From an uncultured delta proteobacterium (lineage in GTDB: Bacteria; Myxococcota_A; Polyangia; Polyangiales; Polyangiaceae): a stretch of DNA of 64,000 bases. The notes under the pieces are model-generated. The model ran no database searches and had not been told where the DNA came from. It worked only from the letters and a program-made list of their open reading frames with translations. The stretch lies in NCBI GenBank assembly GCA_963696385.1, contig CAVOKF010000004.1:1024001-1088000 (forward strand), read 5' to 3'. The position numbers were made by a program, and so were the translations under genes. Of this stretch, positions 1 through 9,278 are shown in pieces (within the stretch, counting starts at the first letter, position 1; each line of letters starts with the position of its first letter).

Positions 1-15
1 GCGGTCTACAACTGG

Positions 16-1059
16 TTGGCAGTTCGACATCTTCGCAGCATCTACCCGCCTCCGGGCAAGCTCTACGCCGTGAACGGCAAGGCGATGCATCTGTATTGCA
101 CCGGCGAGGGAGCTCCAACGGTCGTCCTCGAAGCAGGCATGGGCAATGACTCGCTCATTTGGGTGAAGGTGCAGCCTCCCCTCTCCAAGACCACCCTAGT
201 ACCTCGATTCCGCGGAATGGAAGGGTCGTTTTCCGCGATATTCCCGACGGGATCGGGTGGTCTCACCCCTCCGTTTCATGGAATCGGGGTACTAGTTTGC
301 TCGTACGACCGCATCGGCGTTGGCTGGAGCGAAGCGCAAGACGGAGGACACGACTCCAACAGCGTCGCCGATCGACTGCATGTTCTTCTATCGGAGGCAG
401 AAGTTCGAGGATCGATCGTGTTGATGGGGCACTCCATCGGCGGAATTCACATCCGATCTTACGCCTTCCGCTTTCCTCGCGAGGTAGCGGGGTTGGTCCT
501 CGTTGACTCTCCCACGCCGCTTGAAGTGACGAACGTTTCCGCTGAGGTTCGAGCGCTCCGCCACGACGCCGACAGGGACATCTCGATGAGAAAGTGGCGA
601 ACTGCGCTGGGTATGGCACGCCTGATGGGCGAGTGCTCGCGGGTGCAGTCGGGGTTCGAGCCCTATACCGATTGGGTCAAGGCGGATAGCTGTATTCCGT
701 CGCAGTTCGACGCCCTCTTGGCGGAGGCTTCGGCAAGCGAAGCGTCCGGACAGGAGACTCTCGGCACGGGTCCATTCGGGGATCTGCCCGTCCTTGTCGT
801 CTCGTCGGACCTGACCGTATCGCCCCCGGGTTCGCCTTTTTCAGCCGAAGTCCTTCAGCGAATGGCCACTGTCCGGAACGCGGGACAGGAAGACCTCAAG
901 AAGCTATCGACACGCAGCCGCCGCATCATCGCGAAAGGCAGCGGTCACTACGTCCAGATCGATCGGGCGGACCTGCTGAACCGCGAGGTGCCGGTCTTCA
1001 TCGACGAGATCCGTACCCATGCGATGCCATCCAAGAACGGCACGACGGAGACAGAGTGA
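16..1059 (+). CDS. alpha/beta hydrolase (5' end possibly beyond the window), carrying an in-frame 32-aa insertion
   Basis: HLYCTGEGAPTVVLEAG, CSYDR, GHSIGG nucleophile elbow, SGHYVQ catalytic His. Confidence 0.85.
   Translation: MAVRHLRSIYPPPGKLYAVNGKAMHLYCTGEGAPTVVLEAGMGNDSLIWVKVQPPLSKTTLVPRFRGMEGSFSAIFPTGSGGLTPPFHGIGVLVCSYDRIGVGWSEAQDGGHDSNSVADRLHVLLSEAEVRGSIVLMGHSIGGIHIRSYAFRFPREVAGLVLVDSPTPLEVTNVSAEVRALRHDADRDISMRKWRTALGMARLMGECSRVQSGFEPYTDWVKADSCIPSQFDALLAEASASEASGQETLGTGPFGDLPVLVVSSDLTVSPPGSPFSAEVLQRMATVRNAGQEDLKKLSTRSRRIIAKGSGHYVQIDRADLLNREVPVFIDEIRTHAMPSKNGTTETE
196..295. mobile_element. 96-bp MITE-like palindromic insertion with CTAG duplication
   Basis: CTAG at 196-199 and 292-295. 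~30-bp imperfect terminal inverted repeats. Removal restores TTLVCSYDR in frame. Confidence 0.8.
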
Positions 1060-1500
1060 CCAGAAATCGGGTCTTCCCGCTCTGCCTCGACAGACCTTCG
1101 TGACGGGCCTTCGTTTTCAGTGAAGCGCCGTCTGCTCGGCGCGGTCTCGGCATTTTCGGCTAGGCTTTGCTCACGAAGGGGAAAGCCAAATCGGATTCTG
1201 AACCGGTGGCCGTGGCAGAGAGTTTTCTTTTCTTCGTTTCGGAGTGGGCTGGGTTCTTGGAATTCAATGGCCGTACCCCTTCTCGGCGCTTTGTCGCGTT
1301 CAACGTTCCTCCAGATGGGGTGCTCTTGGACTATAGACTAGCCCTGGGAAGGCGGACGACCGCTCTCACGCTTTAACTCCCGTAATCCTAGCCCTACTTT
1401 CGCAAAATCGCGACGCGGAGCGAGGCATTGCCGTCACGGGAGGCTTACGTTTGCGGCGTTTTCTCTTTCCATCGCTAGCGACACGGGATAGTGGAAAGAA

Positions 1501-1704
1501 ATGCACTTCACGGAGAAGGTCGTCAATGGCAACCGTTACCGCATCGCTGCGCAAGCGGTCTGGGACGCGGCCGCCGGGCAGTCGTATTCTCGGCAGCTTG
1601 GACCGGCGGAGATGCCCGTGAGCGTGAAGCTCGCACAGCTGCGGACGGTGGGCCGACGTCCTATCGGCGACGTTGGGGCTCTGGTCTGGGTGGCGGGCGA
1701 GTAG
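1501..1704 (+). pseudogene. transposase N-terminal remnant (IS1634-like)
   Basis: HFTEKVVNGNRY...VWDAAAGQSYSRQ...GDVGAL resembles IS1634-family N-termini; stops after 67 aa. Confidence 0.45.
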
Positions 1705-1722
1705 TAAGCCCAAAGCACGTCG

Positions 1723-1810
1723 GTCGACGAAGAGCCCGCGGAAGCCACCGCGGAAACATATCGCGTCTTAGGGGCGTTCGTTATCGCTGAATCGGCGAAC
1801 CGATTTGAGC
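1723..1810 (+). repeat. dispersed repeat copy 1
   Basis: gacgaagagcc..cgg-hairpin..GGGGCG..GCGAACCGATTTGA, shared with copies at 3336 and 5851. Confidence 0.75.
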
Positions 1811-1848
1811 TCGCCGCGGAGACCGAGGCGGATTAGACTTTGATCACG

Positions 1849-2085
1849 ATGCAACCGCTCAAGGCCCGCGTGCACAACGGACGTCTCGTGCTCGATGAGC
1901 CTACCGAGTTGCCCGAGGGTGAGATTGTCGAGCTCGTGCCGCGCGAGCCCACGCTCGACGACGAGTTTGACGACGAAGAGCGCGCGCAGCTCCGCCAGGA
2001 GCTCGACGAGGGCATCAAGCAGATGAAGGCCGGCCAGACGATCGACGTGGCCGAAGCGATGGCCGAGTTACGCGCTCACCGATGA
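1849..2085 (+). CDS. antitoxin (AF2212/DUF104-like N-terminus)
   Basis: MQPLKARVHNGRLVLDEPTELPEGEIVEL; acidic; ATGA overlap with the toxin. Confidence 0.7.
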   Translation: MQPLKARVHNGRLVLDEPTELPEGEIVELVPREPTLDDEFDDEERAQLRQELDEGIKQMKAGQTIDVAEAMAELRAHR

Positions 2086-2393
2086 GGCTGCGCCTCGTCC
2101 GGCGCGCACTCGCGGACGCCAAGCGCAGGAAGACCTGGTGGCAGCGTAACCGGCCTGACGCCACCCACCTCTTCGAGCAGGAGCTCGGGGCAACTCTCGA
2201 ACGCATCGCCGCGTCGCCCGGAATCGGACAGCGAGTCGAGCAGCGTGACGGAGACGTCTGGGTGCGCCGGTGGCTGATGCCGAAAACGCACAACCACGTC
2301 TACTACGCGATCGAGGGGACCGAGATCGTCGTGCTCGCCATCTGGGGGGCCCCGAGGGGCCGCGGACCCAAGCTGTGGCTCTCGATCGAGTGA
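2082..2393 (+). CDS. RelE/ParE family toxin
   Basis: basic ~100 aa; RALADA...P.IG...HVYYAIEGTEIVVLAIW. Confidence 0.75.
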   Translation: MRLRLVRRALADAKRRKTWWQRNRPDATHLFEQELGATLERIAASPGIGQRVEQRDGDVWVRRWLMPKTHNHVYYAIEGTEIVVLAIWGAPRGRGPKLWLSIE

Positions 2394-2419
2394 TTTCGGT
2401 CGGCCACGTGCTGCGCGAG

Positions 2420-2712
2420 GGGAGATCCGTGATTTCGATCGCCTGACTCTCGTTACCTCGCTTACACACCGCGACGTTGCGGTTGTCGCCGCGATGTTCA
2501 ATCGCCTCGACGGCAACGCGCACGCCAAGCACCTGAGTCTCGAACGGCAGATCGAGATGGTTCTCGAACATCGTGAACCGGCCCATGACCTGTTCGGACT
2601 CGTCGTGCGCGTCGACCGTCGCCTCCTCGATCATCTCGGCGAGCCTCGCCGCACTGATCCCGCTCCGCGTTTTGCGAGCCTTCGCGTTCTTCCTCGTCTT
2701 GCCCATCGTCAT
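2420..2712 (-). pseudogene. CcbP-like calcium-binding family protein, 3'-truncated
   Basis: MIEEATVDAHDESEQ...LPFETQVLGV...DLP, then similarity is lost; TGATG coupling to the helicase fragment. Confidence 0.6.
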
Positions 2713-3315
2713 CACGGCACCCACTCCGCGAGGTCGTCGTCCCGATCCGTCGCCGATTCGTGATCCAGCGCGCGGAGCACATCCTCGTCGTACTCGATGA
2801 TCAGGTCGTCCTTCGGCTCGGCGTAGCCGAGCGGGGCCTCGCCGCGCGCGTAGCCGATCGCGCGGTACCCCCGGAGCCGTTTCTCGAACATTCGGAGGAG
2901 CATCGGCACCTCGCGATCGACATAGTCAAAGATGCGGACCTCGCGCTTGCCCGGATGGAGCCGATGCAGCCGTCCCGTGTACTGCACGAGCGTGCCCTTC
3001 CACGAGACGGGGAGCGCGAGGAAGAGCGTGTCGAGCCGCGCGTCGTCGAAGCCTTCGCCGATGTAGCGCCCGGTCGCGAGCAGGAGGCGCTCCTCGTTCG
3101 GCGGAATCGCCTCGAGCCGCGCGCGCACCTCGCGATCCGCTTTCGCGCCCATGCCGCCTTGGAGCACGACGAGATTCCGTGCCACGCGCTCGAGGCGGCT
3201 CGCGAAGTACTCGATGTGGTCCTTGCGCTCCGTGAGGAGGATCGGCGAGCGCCCTTCCTCGAGCGCGCGCACCACGTCGTTCAGGATCATCGCATTCCGC
3301 GATTCGTCGCGAATA
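2712..3315 (-). pseudogene. C-terminal fragment of an SF2 (ResIII/DEAD-like, TOTE-type) helicase
   Basis: LATGRYIGEGFDDARLDTLFLALPVSWKGTLVQYTGRLHR; no N-terminal Walker A or DExH motif. Confidence 0.75.
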
Positions 3316-3335
3316 GGTAAAGCAAAGCCTGGCGG

Positions 3336-3423
3336 ACGACGAAGAGCCGCGGAAACCACCGCGGTCCCATATAACGCCTTTGGGGCGAGTCCGTTGTCAC
3401 TGCAACAGCGAACCGATTTGAAC
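3336..3423 (+). repeat. dispersed repeat copy 2
   Basis: gacgaagagccgcggaaaccaccgcgg...ttggggcg...gcgaaccgatttgaa. Confidence 0.75.
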
Positions 3424-3588
3424 ACATCCAAAGCACACGTCGCCCGTCGACGCTCTGGCCGCGTTCCGCCAGTTCCGGCAAAGCCTCCCGCGCCTCGCGC
3501 TCCGTCCACTGTTCCCAGGGCCCAGGTACGTCAAAACGCCCTCCCGTTGGCAACCATCTCCGACCCGCATCTGGCGTATCGTACCCCG

Positions 3589-4236
3589 ATGATTCGAGTC
3601 CTCCTCGTCTGCGGGAGCCTCCAGCGAACCTCGACGAACCGCGCCGCGCTCGACGTCGCCCGCGTGGCGCTGTCGGCGCATGGCGTCGAGGTGAGCGCGT
3701 TCGAAGGTGTCGGGTCGATTCCACCGCTGAATTCCGATCGCGACGACGACCCTGGCGATGCAGTGCAGGCCTTTCGCGCTCAGATCCGGGCCGTCGACGC
3801 CGTGCTGATCGCCGCGCCCGAGTATGCCGGCGCGATCGCCGGCGTGATGAAGAACGCGCTCGACTGGATCGTGGGCTCCGGCGATCTTTACGGCAAGCCG
3901 GTGGCGCTCCTCAGCGCAGGTACGAGCGGCGGCGCCTTCGCCCGGAGGGACCTCATGCGGACGCTGAGTTGGCAGGGCGCGCACGTGGTCGCGAGCCTCG
4001 GCATTGACGCAGCCAGCTCGAGGTCGGTGACCGACGCCAACGGGATGCGCCGGTTTACGGATCCGACGGCCCTCAACGACATCGGACAACTGGTGTCGTC
4101 TCTCCTGGCGTCGGTTGCCAAGAAACCTTCCGATCGGTTCGCCGATATCACTCGGCTCGCGCGCGACGCAGGCATCGAGCAAGGCCCTCTGGCCGACCAC
4201 ATTGCCGCGCAGGACGAAGCCTGGCTCCGGCGTTGA
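3589..4236 (+). CDS. NADPH-dependent FMN reductase
   Basis: VCGSLQRTSTN, APEYAGAIAGVMKNALDW, GKPVAL. Confidence 0.9.
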   Translation: MIRVLLVCGSLQRTSTNRAALDVARVALSAHGVEVSAFEGVGSIPPLNSDRDDDPGDAVQAFRAQIRAVDAVLIAAPEYAGAIAGVMKNALDWIVGSGDLYGKPVALLSAGTSGGAFARRDLMRTLSWQGAHVVASLGIDAASSRSVTDANGMRRFTDPTALNDIGQLVSSLLASVAKKPSDRFADITRLARDAGIEQGPLADHIAAQDEAWLRR

Positions 4237-4545
4237 TTTTGCGGCGTACGAGCCGACCCGCCGAACTGGCCCACCTCCCGCCGGTCCATGATGCGCGTTC
4301 GCTCCGATGGCCCCAAGCCGCGCGCGCAACCCTTCCGCGTCGCATAACCAGATGCCGACCGCGACCTGACCCCGACCTCGACGCTTGAGATTGTTCGTTC
4401 AACTGCCGCGACTTGCACACGAGCTCTTCGCGACGGCCGATCGATACACCGACCGGCTTCGCGTGGAGCGTCGTTCCAATCGCGGCCAGCGTCGCCACCG
4501 CGATCGTGCTCGCGCGCACATGGGGTAGCGAAATGCTCTTCAATG

Positions 4546-4558
4546 GGTCAATATGACC
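4546..4558. promoter_or_regulatory. palindromic TA operator GGTCA-N3-TGACC
   Basis: perfect inverted repeat immediately before the antitoxin start. Confidence 0.5.
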
Positions 4559-4561
4559 TTT

Positions 4562-4828
4562 ATGCGAAAGACCTCCGTCGCGAACGCCAAAGCCCACTTT
4601 TCCGAGCTCGTCGACCTCGCTGAACACAAGGGGCAACGCATATTGATTCTTCGTCATGGCAAGCTTGCAGCAGCCATCGTCCCGGTGAACGTTGCGATGG
4701 GAAATCGTCCGCGCCTGAGCCTCGATGCGTTCGACACGCTGATCGATCGCATGACCGCGGAGGGGCCCGAGACCGCGATGACGATCGAGGAGGCGCTCGG
4801 GCGCGATCGACTCGACGGGATCGGCTAA
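4562..4828 (+). CDS. Phd/YefM family antitoxin
   Basis: SVANAKAHFSELVD...ILILRHGKLAAAIVPV. Confidence 0.85.
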   Translation: MRKTSVANAKAHFSELVDLAEHKGQRILILRHGKLAAAIVPVNVAMGNRPRLSLDAFDTLIDRMTAEGPETAMTIEEALGRDRLDGIG

Positions 4829-5232
4829 TGCGGCTCGTGCTCGACGCTAGCGTTGCCGTCGCGTCGCTTCGGCCGCATGAGCCGGATTACCGCGCCGCTC
4901 GAGCCCGTTTGCGCAGGATAGCGAACGGTGACGATCTCGCTGTCGTTCCGTCGATCTTCGTAACGGAGGTTGCAGGAGCGCTGGCGCGACTCGGGTTCGA
5001 GAGGGCGGCCATCGACGCATTCGTCGCAGCGCTCACGAGCACGCCGCACGAAGTGATGACGATCGGGCCAAAGCGCGCGCTCGCAGCAGCCGGCATCGCG
5101 GTATGTACGAAGCTTCGTGGAGCGGACGCGATGTACGTGTGGCTCGCGGCTCGCGAAGGGGTCCCGCTATGCACGCTGGATCGTGAAATGCTCGCGCGGA
5201 GTGCAGCTATTTGCGAGGCGATCGTTCCCTGA
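4828..5232 (+). CDS. PIN-domain (VapC) toxin
   Basis: LVLDASV...EV...LRGADAMYV...LCTLD acidic PIN motifs. Confidence 0.85.
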   Translation: MRLVLDASVAVASLRPHEPDYRAARARLRRIANGDDLAVVPSIFVTEVAGALARLGFERAAIDAFVAALTSTPHEVMTIGPKRALAAAGIAVCTKLRGADAMYVWLAAREGVPLCTLDREMLARSAAICEAIVP

Positions 5233-5251
5233 GAGAAACTGTTGGCGCCCC

Positions 5252-5782
5252 ATGACCGGAGACGATATCGCTGTGCTGCTAGGTTTCCTTGCGGGCGCCA
5301 TTGCCCTGGCTGGATTCGCTGGAATCGTCACGTCCATCGACCGAGGGGCAGCCGTTGCCTCCAACGAGGTCATCTCGTTTCGGGTGCGCAACCTCGTCAC
5401 TTCCGCGGTGGCGCAGGTCTTTCTGTCCCTGCTGCCAGTCCTGCTCGAAGCGCTGGAGCTATTTCGGTCCAGCCTCTGGCAGTGGTGCTGTGTCGTCTCC
5501 GCCCTCGGCATCAGCGCACTCCTCTTCTCGTTGCTGTCGGCGCGGCTCCGGATGAGGGGCGGCAAGGACGCCGGACTGTCGCATTCTCTGTTTGCCGCCA
5601 ACATGACGTTCGGCGCGCTCGCGCTCGGTGTACTGATCGCCGGTGCGTCCGGAGCCGTTGCCGGGCGGGGCGCCTACTTCACGGGGCTCTGTTACCTGAT
5701 GTACCTCATGTGCACGTTGTTCCATCGTATGGTCGCCATGGCCGACGCCGCCGCAAGCCATGCGGCGAAAAGGAAGCCGTGA
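5252..5782 (+). CDS. hypothetical membrane protein
   Basis: several hydrophobic segments; AIALAGFAGIV. Confidence 0.6.
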   Translation: MTGDDIAVLLGFLAGAIALAGFAGIVTSIDRGAAVASNEVISFRVRNLVTSAVAQVFLSLLPVLLEALELFRSSLWQWCCVVSALGISALLFSLLSARLRMRGGKDAGLSHSLFAANMTFGALALGVLIAGASGAVAGRGAYFTGLCYLMYLMCTLFHRMVAMADAAASHAAKRKP

Positions 5783-5850
5783 CCCTAGAGTCGCGAGCGT
5801 TCGGCCACGCTGATGTTCCCGAATGACCCGAGGGTCATCCAGGTGAGCGC

Positions 5851-5908
5851 TTCAAATCGGTTCGCCGTCCAGTGACAAGGGACGCCCCAAAGGGATCTTA
5901 GCGTCGAC
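5851..5908 (-). repeat. dispersed repeat copy 3 (inverted, lacks the hairpin)
   Basis: reverse complement reads ggtcgacg...ttggggcgtcccttgtcactggacggcgaaccgatttgaa. Confidence 0.7.
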
Positions 5909-5988
5909 CCACATCTTGCTCTCCGACGCGATCGCGGGCGGGCTGACGACGCGCGCGTTCAGGGCGTGAGTGATGCGGGGATGCGACG

Positions 5989-6899
5989 TCAGAGGCCTTC
6001 TTTCGCCACGTACTCGCGCACCGTGGTTGGCCGAATGGTGGGGTAGCGGTCGTTCATGAGCCCCCCGAGCTGCCCCTCGCCGCTCATGATCGAACGGAGG
6101 TAGGTGAGCGGTAGGTATGCGATGAGGTTGTGCGGGTTCGCTTCGCGGATCGCCGCGATGCGCGCGCTGAGGTCATCAACGGACCCGAGCCGCTCGATCT
6201 TGAGCTTCTTGTCCGAGCCCGCTTCGTACTCGGCGACCAGTTGGTCGAAGTCGAGGATGCAGCCCGCAACGTACAGTTTGCGCGGCACCGGGCGCTCGTC
6301 GGTTGCGGCTTCGGCTGTGTAGCGTGCGGTGTCCGCGTACGTGGTCCAGGCCATCGGCGCCTTCCCGTCGCCCCAGACGTAGGCGGTCTGCTTCTCCGCA
6401 TCGATGACACGGATGAAGCCGAACAGCACGCCGCGATCCATGAAGCCACCGTTGAGCACGTGGACCACCTCCACGTCGCCGCGCTTCTTTTCCTCGAGCA
6501 GCGCAAACTGGCGGCGCATCTCGGAGGTAAGGATGTTTCCGGGCTTCACGTCGAAGAGGTCGAGCGAGTAGTCGGAGGGGATGAAGCGGTGCACGCCCGC
6601 GTCGCGTGCTGCGCTCACCAGGCGTCGCTGCCCTCGACGATGACGTCGGGGCCACCCTGCACCGCCGAGACGAGGGCGAAGCCCCCCTTGCAGAGCGCGG
6701 CGAGGGCTGCGCCGTCTTCGGCTCCGAGCCCGCCCTCGACGACCTCCGCGCCACGCTGCTCGAGCCCTCCGACCTTCGCGCGACTCCCAGCGCGAACGAG
6801 GAGCCGGAGCTGCACGTCGGGCTTGTCGAGCAGCGCGTTGGCGATGAGGGCTCCGAGGTGGCCGGTGCCGCCTACGAGCGCGATGAGCTTCTTGGTCAT
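5989..6899 (-). pseudogene. NmrA/isoflavone reductase-like oxidoreductase, frameshifted near 6620
   Basis: IALVGGTGHLG in one frame; AGVHRFIPSDY onward in another. Confidence 0.75.
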
Positions 6900-7080
6900 G
6901 GACTTCCTTCGAGGTTGGGCGTGTGCGTGATGAGCGAGGCCTCGGACGTGAGCGAGCCCATGCCGCCCGCGCGGTAGCGCTCGAAGGCTTGTGAGATCTG
7001 CTGCTCGGTGTTCATGACGAAAGGGCCGTGGGAGACGAGCGGCTCCCGGAGCGGCCGGCCCGCGAGCAGCCCAGCCACCG
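6896..7080 (-). pseudogene. pirin C-terminal fragment
   Basis: LLAGRPLREPLVSHGPFVMNTEQQISQAFERY. Confidence 0.75.
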
Positions 7081-7686
7081 GTACAGGCATTCCGCGCACT
7101 CGTTGCGTGGATAGAGCGCGCGTAAAGCCGGGGACGATTGGGCGACTGCGACGCCAATACGTTGGCGTCGACGGTCCTCGCCGCGCTACACGGCTGGGCG
7201 CTCACGGCGCGCGTCTGTGGTGAATCGACGGCTCCCTCCGCCGAAGGGCGCTTCGTCGAACGCTTCGTCACGCTGTTGTGGAACGGAATCGGCTTGAGCG
7301 CACGACGAGCTCTGGTCGTAGAGGATAGCCGCTCCGGAGTTTAGCAGTGAGACGATCCGCCAAGGACCGAGCCGTAGATCGACGATTCGACATTGATTGT
7401 CGACGTCGGCGCATAGATCATGCCGAAGAGTGAGCCGTTGCTGCGCCCTCGCCGAGGCCGGGCGTTTCGACGCTGCGAGCGGGCACGGCTGGAGCAACAG
7501 CCGCCGCGCAGGAAATGACATCCGGGTCGAGACAGGGGTAGACGACGGGAGGGCTCGCACGAACCGCCGTTCGCGGCCGCGGTCGGCGACAACGTGGAAA
7601 ACACAGAGTGGGGGCGCCCAGGCCGCGTTTGACCGACGCCCCGAGCCGGGTCAAGACAGGCACAATCGGGGTGGTACAGTACGTCC

Positions 7687-8178
7687 ATGCCGAGGTTGGG
7701 GCGCCACCTTGTTTGCTTCACGATGGTCCTGTCGACGGCCTGCGGCGGGTCCATCACGGCCACGGATTCCACGGATCACGTGGACGCTGGCGACGCGCAG
7801 GACGCTGGCGACGCGCAGGACGCGCAGATCGATGCGAGCCTATCCGCGGATGTTGCGGCGGATGTGCTCGACGGGGGCAATGCAGGGCAGTTCACTTGCG
7901 GAGATGCGATGTGCGAGGCGGCGCAGATATGTTTCCATCTGCCGCCCTGCATATCTTGGAGTGGCCCGAGCGACGGCGGAGACTGCCCTAAGGGGACGGA
8001 GTACTCGGACGCGCAGTCCGAATGCATCGGACTTCCACCGCCGTATTATTGCATTTCCCGGGAGGCTGCCGAGAACGCGTCGCTCAACTGTTCTCTTGCG
8101 GATGGATCTCCCTGCTCGATTGGCGCGTCGCTCAATCCTTCATTGCTTTGTAATAGGTGCACGGGAGCGTGCAACTGA
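7687..8178 (+). CDS. Cys-rich lipoprotein of myxobacterial style
   Basis: lipobox STAC; DAGDAQ repeats (18-bp tandem at 7783-7818); FTCGDAMC...C-rich domain. Confidence 0.7.
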   Translation: MPRLGRHLVCFTMVLSTACGGSITATDSTDHVDAGDAQDAGDAQDAQIDASLSADVAADVLDGGNAGQFTCGDAMCEAAQICFHLPPCISWSGPSDGGDCPKGTEYSDAQSECIGLPPPYYCISREAAENASLNCSLADGSPCSIGASLNPSLLCNRCTGACN

Positions 8179-8209
8179 GCCGCTCCGGTCTCGCCGGAAC
8201 ATGTCGCCG

Positions 8210-8435
8210 CAAAGCTCTTTTCCGAAAAGGAGCGAAAGACGATCGAGGACGTAATCGCAGCAAACCCCGACCACTGGCCGGTCATTCCAGGTACCGGCGG
8301 ACTGCGCAAGGCCCGCGTCCCCAGGCCAGGCATGGGCAAACGCGGCGGAGCGCGCACGATCTATTTCTACTGGTCGGCAAGTCGGTCTTGTTGCTGCTCC
8401 ACGTCTACGCGAAGAACGTCCAGGAGGACATCGAT
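8210..8435 (+). pseudogene. RelE/HigB-2-like toxin remnant
   Basis: PVIPGTGGLRKAR...GKRGGARTIYFY, then LLHVYAKNVQEDI in another frame. Confidence 0.7.
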
Positions 8436-8558
8436 GCACATCATCGCTCGCCATCCCGAGATCGTCCGGGAAGTGCTAGAACGGCGTGAACCGCCGGCTG
8501 CAACGTGCTCATAGAGCACGGCGAAAGCGGACTGAACAACCGTTTATAGGACAAACGC

Positions 8559-8729
8559 ATGGTAGGAAGACAGGCCGTCGTCGTGCTCTACGTGCTCGCA
8601 CTCGTAACCGTCGTGGTCGGCGTGGACATCCTGTTCTTCCGGAACCGGTTCTGGGAGCGTCTGATGGCAAACGTCGGAATCGTTCTGGTATTCACGGCGT
8701 TTTATTTAAGGTTCTTGAAGCACCCATGA
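8559..8729 (+). CDS. small 56-aa membrane protein (not in the ORF track)
   Basis: MVGRQAVVVLYVLALVTVVVGVDILFFRNRFWERLMANVGIVLVFTAFYLRFLKHP; AGGA RBS. Confidence 0.65.
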   Translation: MVGRQAVVVLYVLALVTVVVGVDILFFRNRFWERLMANVGIVLVFTAFYLRFLKHP

Positions 8730-8849
8730 GCGCACGCAGGTGCCTCGGTTCCCCCGGTGCCTCAAAAAGCCCCCGGATCGGCGAACCGCATGCCTCCGTA
8801 AATCCGGGAACGAGCGACCCCCGCCAGCTGGATCTCGATCTCTGACCAG

Positions 8850-9233
8850 GTGCCAAATGTCGTCGCCCAGATCGATGGCAGCGGCAATCTCGTGGCGAGG
8901 TTTGTTTTCGGCAGCAAGCCCAAAGTGCCCGACTACTATTCGACCAACGCAGGCACGTTCCGCATCCTGAGCGATCACCTCGGCAGCCCCAGGGTCATCA
9001 TCAACGCGTCCACGGGTGCCGTCGTCGAGGAGATTGACTACGACGAGTTCGGAAACGTCACCAACGACACCAACCCGGGGTTCGTTCCGTTCGGGTTCGC
9101 GGGCTGGTTGTACGATCCGCACACGGGCTTGGTGAGGTTCGGTGCGAGAGATTACGACGCGAGCACGGGGAGGTGGACAAGTAAGGATCCGACCCAAAGG
9201 GTAAGGCTGTTTGGGACTGCACGGTCCCGTTGA
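8850..9233 (+). pseudogene. RHS repeat-associated core fragment
   Basis: DHLGSPR...YDEFG...PFGFAG...[18 protein letters not shown]. Confidence 0.85.
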
Positions 9234-9278
9234 CGTCGATGAACCCGTTCCAGTCCACCGGGTCACCACCCGCTTATG

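Noticed and set aside
1723..5908. integron attC sites or tRNA fragments for the three-copy repeat
   Set aside because: No RYYYAAC...GTTRRRY ends, no integrase, mixed orientation and no cloverleaf, despite a TTCAAATC-like stretch.
7138..7450. possible TetR C-terminal and secreted-protein fragments
   Set aside because: The similarity is too short to support by eye.
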